Below are positions 35,745 to 47,450 of a stretch of 64,000 nucleotides of DNA, one piece after another (position 1 is the stretch's first letter; every line of letters begins with the position of its first letter). This DNA comes from Zancudomyces culisetae HAW-14-8 (taxonomy: Eukaryota; Fungi; Kickxellomycota), in contig JBNJNM010000015.1 in the NCBI GenBank assembly GCA_052426225.1, positions 620,001 to 684,000 on the forward strand. The letters are read 5' to 3'. A program made the translations under genes and the position numbers. The notes under the pieces are model-generated. The model had not been told where the DNA came from. It worked only from the letters and a program-made list of their open reading frames with translations, and searched no databases.

Positions 35745-38493
35745 TTTTAGTTGCGTCTACGAGCTTGGTGTCTTAATAAAAGTGTTGTAAAGCTATGTAT
35801 ACAACTGAGATTTGGTTTTATTGATGATATGGTAGCTAGTGTAGCTAGTAATACTCTTGTATATGCGTGTAAGATTTATGTGTATATTTGGTTCTGGTTT
35901 TGTTTTTAATCCTTTGGTTCGCGACTATGCTATTCGTTATTGTTCTATTTCCTATATAAATTATGGTATATTGTATGTGCTGTGTTGTGTTGAGATATTG
36001 TGCTTGGAGTATGACCTATTGCTATGATATATTTGTATGTTATATTTAATTTAATTTTTGTAAAGTGTAGATTTATTTTATTTTTTTTGTTTACACCGCA
36101 TTTTTGTGGAGCGAATATTAAGAAATTTAGATCAAACAATAATATCTCACCACTTTTTTTTCCCTTTGTCCTCTATTTCCCTAGCGCCCTTTTTAAAGTT
36201 ATATTTTTTCCTTATTTTAGTAATTTGTATAACTGCAATCATTTAAAATCATTGGTAATAACTAACCTCGTCAATTCGGGTAAGTTTAGTGATTTTTTTT
36301 CCTAATACCATCAGAATTGAAAACACTGTAATAGGCTTTTTCTATATTGAAAAATCTGGACTTAGCAAAACCACCCATATTAAATCATAGCCATTTTGAT
36401 TATAATGTTATGGTAATTTGAATTGAGGGCCTGTTTTATCAACCAATGTAATGAATTTATGGCCTGAGGAATACAAAACAAGCAAGTTTGAACAAATACA
36501 AAAAGGTGCATTAGCTTTGCGAGATATCAAATTTGTCGATGATTTGTCTTGTTTCACTTGTAGATGATGGTTTGCCGTTACTTTTTTCTCAACATTACAG
36601 ACCTAATTTAACAATTCCACAAGATTTACCCACAAGATGCCTAAGGTTTTACGTTGTGTATCGGAATATGAAACTTTGTAATAAACAGTCAATCTGCGAA
36701 TTTCCTTTCTTGAAAAGACAAATATTTTGTCAGACGAACCTGGTCATATGGTTTCACCTCACCCTCATCCTCCCCTTGAAAACGTAGATTACGTTAGTTC
36801 ACGTGAGGGCTGAAAATTGTAACCAAAACATCAAAATCCCTTTACAGTTTGAAAGAGGCTCTAATATAGCTACGTGTGAATACATTTCGTGGTCTCGCTG
36901 TGAAATAGTGAGTATATATCCATCACAAGTCTTTCTAGCCCGCCAAGTGCACTATGGTTTTGTTCACTTTATTGCTGTGGCTAACCATTTATGTCTGTTT
37001 TGGATGGAGAAAAAGCAAAATAAGTGCATTTAATAACAAAAGTATTGTATCATGTAATTCTATAACGTAATCAATATTCTTTTGTTCCGTTATAAGAATT
37101 ACATTGTGAATTCAGCGATACCCTAAAAAATGACTGTAGTAATACTTATATACACCTGTAACAAAGCGTGATTAATTAAATGGGCAAATAAAGTGCTGTT
37201 ATTAATTGAGCAGCATTTCCAGTTCCACCACAACAACAAAAAAAAAAATTTTTTTTGCTTGGATACCAGCAAAAGAGCAAACCTAATGGACAATTATAAA
37301 TTGCAAGGAGTGGATAAAAATATACAAGATGAGGGAGGGGCTTTGCAATGCAACTTCTTCAGTAACTATAGCGATCTGTCCAACATAAACACGCAAACAA
37401 ACTTTTTTATGGGTTTCTATGATATACCCAACAATTCTCCCCAACATGTATATAATGAGAGCTGTGCTTGCTGATTTGTAATATTTTCTGCAACTAGTGA
37501 GGGTTTCTAAAAATAACTCATTTATTGCATTAATTATTTTTTATACTTTACTGGTACATTGCTCAAATAGGCCCTGTAAGTAGCCACTCCTTGCCCAATC
37601 AAGAATAGTGAGGTCAATTTATCCCTATTCTTTTATTTGTCATTGAGTGGGTTTTAAAAGATATATAATATAAACATTTTTAGTTTTGTATTCAAAGGAG
37701 TGTTAAAAAAAATCGAGGTAGGAACACCTGCAACTATTGTAGTAAAGTCATCTACTTTACCAAAATGACATTAAACCATATTGGGGTTTTTATATGGCTT
37801 TGAAAATCAGCCTTGCTCTTATCAACACAAAATAGCATTGGGAAAATACAAAATTATTCAGTGTTGCAATGGGGTATTACAGCCAAACAAAAATCATGTT
37901 ATCATTAAATTTCACGATTTTTTCTCCAAAATAGTGGTAATAACCGAAAATTAGCACTACTCAGAGCTGTCCCGTCTCGCGAGATCTTGTGTGTCAAAAG
38001 TAATGACGTGTCTATTGGTTTGGAAGTAGGTGGTAAACATAATAACACAAATTTAAAATAAGCGATTTCTAGGCAAGCTATCATTTTTTCCTTAAAGGAT
38101 AATCCACTTACAAATCTCAACCATGACTATCTTGCTCAACTATCAACGATCAAATAGTCGTGTAGCTTACACCTGTTTGTTTGATAACTTATTTATCTAT
38201 GTATCAGTTTTACAAAACTTGAAAATCTCCATTACAAAACTCGAATATATCCCAACCTGTCCGGGTTTAATAACACTTTGTTTAAGACCGCCGAAAACAA
38301 GAACACAATCTGTCCTGTAATACATCGGATGTAAAACTAAGGATAGAGTATTGCTAAATTAAATTTTCAAGTAAAACAACCATTTGTTGAACTTATACTT
38401 AGTGGTGCACTGCTATAGGCGCAAGGTAGATAAAGCCCGGCAAATAGGCACTGCCCTATTGAATCAAGATTTGAAACCATTACACATGAACTC

Positions 38494-38519
38494 TTATCTG
38501 TTATCTGTTATCTTTATCT
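38494..38519 (-). promoter_or_regulatory. Array of four tandem AGATAA (WGATAR) sites
   Basis: ttatctgttatctgttatctttatct on + strand; a further AGATAA near 38428. Confidence 0.45.
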
Positions 38520-39166
38520 GGTCTGAGTTTCTGTCACTAAGCGCTATATAAGATCAAATACATTAGCTTTTGGTGTGCGGCTAGAAACCATACAGCCACC
38601 ACCTCTCATTTACCCAACATCTAAATGCACCACTGTGGTTATATTTGTTTCTAACCTGCCGCACTGTTTCTCAAATCCAACCATATATATTGCAAAACCA
38701 ATAAATAACCAATTTTATGTGCAATAGACTCAGATTCCAGGCAGGTTTTTGCGATGCCCAGTCATTATTAATTATTTTTTTTCTGTACAACCAGTTATAG
38801 GAGAGTGTGTGCTTGTATATAAAAAATGACACTATTTTCATCTTCATATCCTAGTCTAGATAGTAGAATTGGGAACGAAAGCACATTGCCATCACGATTA
38901 TAATAAATCATGTGAGAATGGCTCACTTTCTGAGTATCCCTCCTCTTAGTATTAGAATCCATGTAAAACACGTCTAAAGCCTTGAGAAATGTATGGGAAA
39001 AGACAAAAAATCATTTTTCGGCTCTCACCGATTTGCTCGAAAATTTTGTAACAAGTGTAAAAAAATATGAGAAAAAAAAATGCGATTTCCAGGAGAAACA
39101 CGGATAAAAAATAAATAAAAGTGATAGTGAAATTTAAAATCGAGATTAAAAGAATGAAAAAGTAAG

Positions 39167-40423
39167 ATGAATTGTACAATAAAGAATCTCAAGAGAACGG
39201 AGGAAGATGGCGAAGCCCAAATACAAGAAATCAAACGAGCAAAGCATGAGGTAAGCCACAATTTAAGTTCGGACTTCATACACATCTACGCTTACATTCT
39301 ATACTTGTACTTTTATTTACTTGCGGTATACATACGTTGCGAATTAAGGAAACCGATAAATATCTCATTCAAAAATAGGATGGAGACAAACAGGATGACG
39401 ATGATCTAACGTAAGTTTTTAAAACACGGAATCGTAAAATTATTTCAGATTAATTGTTAAATAAAACAAAATAGGCGAGACAATGTGGAGGAATCCAGTA
39501 GCAAGATTGAGAAACCGGAGGTAGAGCTAGAAAGCGAGCAAAAAGATGCAAAAAACCAGACCCAGAAATCCGACGGAGACTTGGCTAAAAGCGCAATAAA
39601 ATCTCCTCAGAGTGAAGAAGAGAAAAAAGAAAATGGTGATCAACCCAAAAAAGACGACGATAATAATGATGAACATAGCAGTACGAGCAAGGATAACGGG
39701 CTCAAGGGGGAAGAGAAAGGAGAGAGCGTCAACAAAAAGCAGCAAAGTGGCTTTTCAGGGAAAATTGAATTCAAAACAAGTTTTGGATTTTCTGCAGGTA
39801 AAGTAGAGAACAAACAACACTCAATACAATTTGGAAGCAGCACAGCGTTCCAAAAAGGTACAACCGCAAAACCAGCCATGTCGGAGGCCTTTACTTTCGG
39901 TAAATCAAATGTATCAAAGGTAGATTTTGGTGATTTGGCTGCAAAGGCTGCTGATGGTGAAAAGAGCGAGGGCAATGCTTTTGAAAAAATGTTAAAGACA
40001 GTTGAAAAAGACGATTCTTTAAATGCGTCAGAACACTTAGCGCTAAACTCTAATCCATCCAGCAGGCCAAAGCCTGTGGTGACAAAAACATATGAAGAAG
40101 ACGAGGAAGTATTGTTTAGCCACAGAGCAAAGCTTTTTGAACTAATAGAGGGTAACTGGGCTGAGCGTGGGGTCGGAGTGATGAAATTGAACAGAAAGAA
40201 AGACCGCCTCAAGTATCGCCTCGTTATGCGTGCTGATCTCACGTTTAGGTTGGTGTTGAACATGCCGCTTTTTGATGGATTCAAGCCTATTTCTGACGGG
40301 AAATTTGTCCGACTGACATTTGTAGAGCCATCAAATAATGAAACGCAAAATTATGCTTTGCGCTTCAATAGCATGCAAGAAGCTGAGTCCCTCGTGGAAC
40401 ACATTTTGGGTTTAAACTACTAA
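39167..40423 (+). CDS. RanBP1-domain protein with FG-like motifs (Yrb2/Hba1/RanBP3-like); exons 39167-39250, 39379-39410, 39475-40423
   Basis: TYEEDEEVLFSHRAKLF, WAERGVGVMKLN, RLVMRADLTFRLVLN; SFGF, FTFG motifs; two GT-AG introns keep frame. Confidence 0.88.
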
Positions 40424-40904
40424 AAAGAATTGACACACTCTGCCATAATCAACCCATTCATTGATCAGCTGCTTCCACACCCTCTTTTATTCCCCCCACT
40501 CCAGGTTGTTCGTTTCTGCTCTGCATTTTTTTTATTCTGTTTAGCTATTAGAGCTTAAATACATACACTGGAAATTAGCTAAAATGTTTCATGTGAATTT
40601 TTTTTAGTAAATATATTACGTTTTAGCTGCCCAATGCCGCCCATTTAAGGTGCATTGCGCTTTTATTGCAAAAAAATTTTTTTAGAGCACTTTGGAGCTA
40701 TCAGATAGTAAAGGAGTCATGTTGATTCATAGCTGGTGTTATGGACTATTTCTTGGCCAATCATGTTTAAGATTGAGATTATTAATTTCCAAGAATTCTG
40801 ATATAGATTTCTGCATTTAATTTTTCTTTTCACCCTGTAAATAAAAGACACCAAGTGAAAATATAAGCTAGTAGTAAAAAAAAAAGTAACAGTAAATTTA
40901 CAAA

Positions 40905-42230
40905 ATGTATAGAGGTACAAGTAAAACAGTTGGTAGAATTTTGAACACTAGGATCTTTGTAAGATTTAGCAGCAATTTGCGAAAATGGGGGACTGATATA
41001 GCCAGAGAACCAAAGCCCATATACCTCGATGCACAGGCGACCACACCATTGGATCCACGGGTGTTGGATGACATGCTTCCATTTTTAACGAATGAGTACG
41101 GAAACCCACATTCTAGGACACACAAATTTGGATGGGATGCAGAGGCTGCTGTTGAAAAGGCCAGGGCGCAGGTGGCCAGCTTGATTGGAAGTAATGATCC
41201 AAAGGAGATAGTTTTTACAAGCGGAGCAACAGAATCCAACAATTTGGCACTCAAAGGAATAGCAAATTTCTACAAGGAAAAAAAAAGACACATAATCACC
41301 TCGGTCATAGAACATAAATGCGTGTTAGATAGCTGTCGGGTTTTGCAAGATCAATATGGATTTGAGGTTACCTATCTGAAGGTCAACAAGGAAGGCTTGG
41401 TCGATTTGGATGAGCTTGCAGATACCATTCGACCTACAACCTCACTTGTTTCAATTATGTTTATCAATAATGAAATGGGTTCAATTCAAAATATAAAACG
41501 AATTGGGGAGCTTTGTCGCTCGCGAAAGGTATTTTTTCACACAGATGCTGCGCAGGGCGTCGGAAAAATCCCGATCAATGTAAACGATCTAAATATTGAT
41601 CTCATGTCCATTTCCGGTCACAAGATTTACGGCCCAAAAGGAGTAGGTGCGCTTTATGTTCGCCGCCGTCCCAGAGTACGTCTTGATCCGATTATAAACG
41701 GTGGTGGCCAAGAACGTGGACTGCGAAGTGGAACTCTGCCACCAGCACTAGTTGTAGGACTAGGCTCAGCATGCAGTGTAGCGCAAAGAGAACTTCCGTA
41801 CGATTACGAAAATGTTCATAGCTTATCCGAACATTTTTTGAAGCGAATAGAAAGAGAACTACCACATGTCACCAAGAATGGCTCCTTTGACCCGTCTTCC
41901 TGCTATCCTGGTTGCGTAAATCTTAGCTTTTCGTTTGTGGAGGGAGAATCCCTGCTTTTGGCATTGAACCAAATAGCACTGTCTTCTGGCTCTGCCTGTA
42001 CTTCTGCTTCTCTTGAACCTAGTTATGTCCTTCGAGCTCTTGGAGTCAACGAGGATTTAGCTCATTCTTCTATTCGGTTTGGAATAGGTCGGTTCACAAG
42101 CAAAGACGAGATTGATGCCACTGTTGATAGTTTGGTTGAGAATGTCAATAAATTACGGGAACTTAGCCCACTTTATGAGATGTATCAAGAGGGCATTGAT
42201 ATCAACTCCATAAACTGGTCGCAGCATTAA
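40905..42230 (+). CDS. NFS1: Mitochondrial cysteine desulfurase
   Basis: Presequence-like basic N-terminus; [59 protein letters not shown]-terminal WSQH. Confidence 0.98.
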   Translation: MYRGTSKTVGRILNTRIFVRFSSNLRKWGTDIAREPKPIYLDAQATTPLDPRVLDDMLPFLTNEYGNPHSRTHKFGWDAEAAVEKARAQVASLIGSNDPKEIVFTSGATESNNLALKGIANFYKEKKRHIITSVIEHKCVLDSCRVLQDQYGFEVTYLKVNKEGLVDLDELADTIRPTTSLVSIMFINNEMGSIQNIKRIGELCRSRKVFFHTDAAQGVGKIPINVNDLNIDLMSISGHKIYGPKGVGALYVRRRPRVRLDPIINGGGQERGLRSGTLPPALVVGLGSACSVAQRELPYDYENVHSLSEHFLKRIERELPHVTKNGSFDPSSCYPGCVNLSFSFVEGESLLLALNQIALSSGSACTSASLEPSYVLRALGVNEDLAHSSIRFGIGRFTSKDEIDATVDSLVENVNKLRELSPLYEMYQEGIDINSINWSQH

Positions 42231-42654
42231 TCGGCTTTTTATAAAAAGGGAGGAAACAAGGGCGTCTCCCATTTTTTTCCCGTACACATATTATTGTATC
42301 TTTTCTCTGCTTAATTCCCCATTTCCTATTCCCTTTTTTCTTATTACTTGGGATTTCGCTTTTTTCTTTTAGCAATTTATTTTTTTAGGGGGTATTTTTT
42401 TATGTGAGCATTTTACTGAAACACTCAGCTACATCCGAATTTTAATCTAGAAGCGGTTTCTACTGCTAACATTTTCTAATTGCAAAGGAATGATAGGCCA
42501 TTTACTGTTTTATTATTGCCTACCATATCTGCAATAATTTTATTTAAATATTAATATTAGCGAGTTGGGTAAATAGCGAATAAAGGGAACTTGCATCATT
42601 GATATATCACTAAGAAAAAAACACGCAAAATAAAAAAGAGAATTAAAATCTAAA

Positions 42655-43614
42655 ATGTATAGAAACCACAGCTCCACGGCGATGCGTCGTCTAATGACAG
42701 AATACAAAGGTACATTTTTGAAGAGTTTAATATGATTGTTCACTATTATTCACTATTAGATCTGTTTCGATTTACGCTCCTGGGCCTTTTAAAACGGTTT
42801 TGGATAATATAGACGCAAAATAAAGGGAATAAACAATAAATAAACTTCATAAAACAAATAGAGCTAGTGGTGAATGCACCAGAGGGAATACTTGCAGGAC
42901 CAGTAAGCGAAGACAATATTTTCGAATGGGAAGCATTGATTGTGTAAGCCTTTCCCTCCCCCCTTCCATTTGCAGAGAAATACCAGTATTTCTAGGGAAA
43001 CTAGACTGAAAATAAAAGTATGTTTATGTGTATACAAATTTAGTGGCCCTGCGGATACGCCTTTTGAAGGCGGTGTATTTCCGGCAATCCTTAAGTTTCC
43101 AAAAGATTATCCTCTCAATCCACCAACAATGCGTTTTACCTGTAAAATGTTTCATCCAAATGTGTACGAAAATGGTGAAGTTTGTATTTCTATCTTGCAT
43201 CCCCCGGGAGAAGATCCTAATATGTATGAAAGCTCTTCTGAAAGATGGAGTCCTGTTCAATCAGTCGAAAAAATCTTATTGAGTGTACTGTCCATGATCG
43301 CCGAGCCGAATGACGAAAGCGGTGCGAATGTGGACGCTTCGGTAGGTATATTTATATAATTGTATATAATTGTACATAATTGTATATGTGTGTACGTGTA
43401 TTTTATGTTTCGTATAAAGAATCCCTCAGTGTTTTTGTATATAGTCTATTTACATTTCAAAAACTCCAGCAACATATTAAAAAGTAAAATACACTATCAA
43501 AAAATTATCCTAACAAGTGCTTTATAAATAATACAGAAAATCTTCAGAGAAAACAGGGAGGAATATAACCGAATAGTCCGTGAAAACGTTAAGGCTACTT
43601 TGGGGCTCAACTAG
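42655..43614 (+). CDS. UBC7: Ubiquitin-conjugating enzyme E2, Ubc7/UBE2G2; exons 42655-42709, 42862-42943, 43044-43341, 43537-43614
   Basis: [71 protein letters not shown] (acidic insertion of Ubc7); three GT-AG introns. Confidence 0.95.
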
Positions 43615-44372
43615 CGAAAAACACCACCAGAGGGTATTATTAGGCATGTGTCGTTGAACGCACCGTTATTGTAACTCCATTCCTTTCCAAGCTTTTTTTC
43701 GTCGGGAAAGTCTATTGATTCTATTTCTTTTATCAATTCTTGGATGTTTTTGATCTTATTTTTTATTAGATATTCGCTAAAGTCATTTCCAATTATTAGT
43801 ATCTCTGTTTTTGTTTCTCGACTTTGGTCTATGACTTTTTCATAAAGCTCTGCTTCACAGTGTGGCATATAAAACAGCGTCCTCGAGTCTAGCTCCTCTA
43901 AATTCCCCTCAAGGTAGTCAATGCCGTGATCCATGTATAGCTGAATATCATCTTTCGTGCTTATTGGATCATAGCCAACCGCTCTTGTATTTTCTAGCTC
44001 TTCTTTTAAAAGTAGCAAGAATGCAAACTGGATTCGCGCATTTCTGTTCCCTCCGATATTTCCTATCCCATAAACCACGACCAATTCGGGATTGAACGTC
44101 GATATTTTCATCAATATATCTTTTTTTACCTCTTCGTAGAACCTTGAGCTTCTAATTCGCTGTTTGTATTCAATAATATCGTTTTTTGTTTTTCTCAGCT
44201 CAGCAGTAGTTGTTTTCTTCTTAGTACTGCCACTCTTTACCGTAAAAATATGCTCCTTCTCATCTTCTACCCGAGTAACAGAATGATCATCGCTCTCGAC
44301 TTCTTCCTCCTCTTTTTTTTCTTTCCTTCGTTGCTTTCTTGTTTTTTTGCCACTCTCTAGATATTTGTACAT
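43611..44372 (-). CDS. SRR1-domain protein (SRRD/Ber1-like)
   Basis: VVYGIGN, QFAFLL, YDP, TLFYMPHCEAELYE, LIIGNDF, AFNDTCL motifs of the SRR1 domain; start uncertain. Confidence 0.85.
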   Translation of the reverse strand: MYKYLESGKKTRKQRRKEKKEEEEVESDDHSVTRVEDEKEHIFTVKSGSTKKKTTTAELRKTKNDIIEYKQRIRSSRFYEEVKKDILMKISTFNPELVVVYGIGNIGGNRNARIQFAFLLLLKEELENTRAVGYDPISTKDDIQLYMDHGIDYLEGNLEELDSRTLFYMPHCEAELYEKVIDQSRETKTEILIIGNDFSEYLIKNKIKNIQELIKEIESIDFPDEKKLGKEWSYNNGAFNDTCLIIPSGGVFR

Positions 44373-44786
44373 TTCTCGTGTTTTCTTGATCTATGTTCTA
44401 TCACTGATCTTGTTGCCTTGTTCATATGCTTGAGTATCGCTTTACTATATTTGGCTCTTCAATTACTCTTTCATTTTTCCTCGGGTGTATTTTTCTAGAA
44501 TTGTACCTCGAGTTTTCTAGTAGTACAACTTTCTAGCTTTATTTTTGGGATGAAGTGCATGCCAAGCTTTGAAAAGTAGCAATACACATGAAAGCGTAAA
44601 AATATAAAAACCTGAAAAACCAATCCAGAACTAACTTGTGTTTTCCTGTGCTGTGATCTGATACACTAGTGGCCCACTTATTGACTATTTTTTTTTCTAA
44701 AAAAATTTTTTCATGCTCTATTCCTTGCCGAGCTATATCTGGATCTTGTTTCATCTACAAAAAAAAAAAATAAACGGGAAATGCAT

Positions 44787-45076
44787 ATGGAAAAGATGGA
44801 GCCGAAATATCGACGTCCGATTTTTTGTGCTGTGAGATAGTTATCGCACCTCTAACCTTGTTGTTCTATGTACAAGCTCCGACAAGCAAGCGTACGAACA
44901 CGCTAGGAATTTACGTTCAACCATGGAACTTCCTCAACTGCGGTATTTGCATTGAGGTTTCCTTATTTGGCTTTGATGATTCTCGATGAGAAACAACAAT
45001 TATTGCGGATTCTTTATTTTTCCCTTGATTAGCCCATTATGATTAACAAAAAGGCGTTTTTCCATTCCGATTTTTT
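44787..45076 (+). other. Hairpin-rich ~290-nt non-coding stretch; candidate structured RNA or small inserted element, unidentified
   Basis: Several local stems and terminal complementarity ATGGAAAA/TTTTCCAT followed by a T run; direct repeat TCCGATTTTTT at 44816 and 45066. Confidence 0.25.
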
Positions 45077-45725
45077 TTTCTACTGCCCAGATTTGCAGTG
45101 ATATTGGGATTAGAAATCACTGAAATGATATTTTGAAGCATTCACTGATTTCAGCTGTCCACTAGCGTTCTTTTAATAGTTGCGGCTAAAAAAAAAATTG
45201 TATACAAAAGCAATTTTTTACAGGCTTAAAGATGCCAATTACTCATTAAAGTGGCCAACTACGTCATTTTCACACCAATCAGAAATATATAATAATTATA
45301 AAAACACAAAACGCCATTGAAAACCATTGTATTTTTTTTGGGCTTTTGCGAAGCAATTAGGAAGAAGTTGGAGTTCAAAACCTGGTATAGTGAAGGAAAA
45401 TGTTTATTACTCGCCAAGTATGCCACCTTATTACACGTTTTTTTTTGTTGCAGAGAAATTATGCCCCAGATGAATCAACAAAGGGGCATCAATACCTGCT
45501 AGCCTTGTTTATGCACAAAGATTGATAAAATGACACAATTATTTCTTTGAAAATATCGCTTAATAGTAAATACATCATAAACTTTGTACTAAGCTTAATA
45601 TTTAAGACTTGAGGCGTGAAGTAAACGTGTAAACGCGTAATTCCAGATCAAAGGTGTGTTCTTTATCTGACGCTTTCTATTCAACTATACGTAGATAAAT
45701 AATATAAAACACAAGTGAAATCGAC

Positions 45726-46793
45726 ATGGCACAGATCACCAAGCGAAAATCCGGTACTAAGTCTAAGCTCGCTTCAAATGATCTTAATAAAAAAACAGAA
45801 CCACTCTGGACAAAAAATGTGGTTGACCAGGATGAAAAGGATATTGAAAATATGGAAACCTCGATCGTGACGGTTTTAGGGACTGTTTTATCGATAATCT
45901 ACCTAGCAAGCCGAATGACAAATAATGAATTTTTCAAAAAGCTTACCACAATTTCATATCTGCTACCTGAGGACGGCAAATATCGCAAGGGGATTAACGA
46001 TGTCTACTATTGCATATACTTGACAATGCTTATTTTGTTTGTAAGAGCGGCATTTGGAATGTACTTTGGACGACCTTTGGCGAGATATCTTAAAGTCAAA
46101 GATAGTAGACAGATAATGCGCTTCGCGGAGCAGCTATGGGGTGCAATAATAGCTATAATTTCGTTTTCGTCAGGGATTGCGCTGATCGTCCAGTTTCCTG
46201 AACACTTCCGTCAAGATACAGTGTGGACCAGCTATCCTATCCTAAGAATGCCATATGTACTCAAGCTTTATTACCTGGCCGAAAATGGATACTGGCTTGC
46301 CACATTAACATATTTGTTTTTGGAAAAGAGACGGAAAGATTTTGCTATGATGGTTATCCACCATTTTTCCACCATTTTTCTAGTGGCTGGCTCCTACTAC
46401 ATTAACTTTACTTCAGCTGGAGTCATAATTCATGCAACTATGGATTTGGTAGATATATTTTTGCCGCTTGCAAAGATATTCAACTACATCGGCCTTCAGC
46501 TGTACTGTGACATTTCTTTTGTAGCAATGGCCATAGCTTGGATCTTTTCCCGCCACTACGTATTTTTGCGCATACTTCACGATGTTATCTTTGTCTCGTC
46601 ACGACTTGCAAATCCTAATTGGGATCCTGCGAATGGTCTATACTACACCAGAAACACTCGCCACCTTTTCCTCTTCTTTTTGATTGCGTTAGAGGTTTTG
46701 TTCTTTATTTGGCTCTACAGTATTTTAAAGATCATCTATAGAGTCGTAATGGGCAATCAGCTAGAAGACATTCGCTCTGACGACGAGGAATAA
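45726..46793 (+). CDS. LAG1: Ceramide synthase (sphingosine N-acyltransferase), Lag1/Lac1 TLC family
   Basis: RFAEQ, LKLYYL, Lag1 motif EKRRKDFAMMVIHH..D..DIFLPLAK..NY, C-terminal EDIRSDDEE; LAG1 versus LAC1 not resolved. Confidence 0.92.
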   Translation: MAQITKRKSGTKSKLASNDLNKKTEPLWTKNVVDQDEKDIENMETSIVTVLGTVLSIIYLASRMTNNEFFKKLTTISYLLPEDGKYRKGINDVYYCIYLTMLILFVRAAFGMYFGRPLARYLKVKDSRQIMRFAEQLWGAIIAIISFSSGIALIVQFPEHFRQDTVWTSYPILRMPYVLKLYYLAENGYWLATLTYLFLEKRRKDFAMMVIHHFSTIFLVAGSYYINFTSAGVIIHATMDLVDIFLPLAKIFNYIGLQLYCDISFVAMAIAWIFSRHYVFLRILHDVIFVSSRLANPNWDPANGLYYTRNTRHLFLFFLIALEVLFFIWLYSILKIIYRVVMGNQLEDIRSDDEE

Positions 46794-47450
46794 GATGATA
46801 TTTTACCACCAACTTTATTTCCATTTAGACTTTTTCCAGCGATATAAAAAACCCTATTATAGTAATTTTTAGTAAATATACGATTGTTGTTATACCAAAT
46901 TTTGAACCTAAAGTCTGATGTAAATACTCTTTTCTTTTATTGGGGAGGAATACAATTAATAGTTCATGTAGCATTCAAGACATATATATCTCAGCACATG
47001 TTGTGTCGGTCGTTTGTTGATTGAGAATCTTGGTGTATTTATGGTTTGGTAGCTGGATGGTGGATCAACCGAAGTGGTCGGGAATACGTTACTGTTAAAC
47101 AGTCATTCACACTACTACCTCTACTACTACTACTAACACTAATACTAATATTAGCATTAGTGGTAGTGCTATTATTCTCACAATATTTTAAATTCAAATG
47201 ATAGAACTGGTTTAAGGACCATCTCATAAATTAAATCACACTTCTTTTCAAATACTACTCATGTTAAGGCTTTGTTCGGGAATAGCATCTGGTTTTATTG
47301 GATTAATTTAATGGATAATTGTATATCATAAAAAAAAAGTAAAAGCTCTATTAAAAGAAGCAAATATTAAAACAAATTACTTTGAAAATTAAAAAAACGA
47401 AAGACTTGATAACACTACTTGCTGTTAACTTGAAAGTATCATATCGTTAA

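Noticed and set aside
37193-37474. ORF ending SCAC-TGA as a possible selenoprotein
   Set aside because: No recognisable family motif and no SECIS seen downstream; likely spurious
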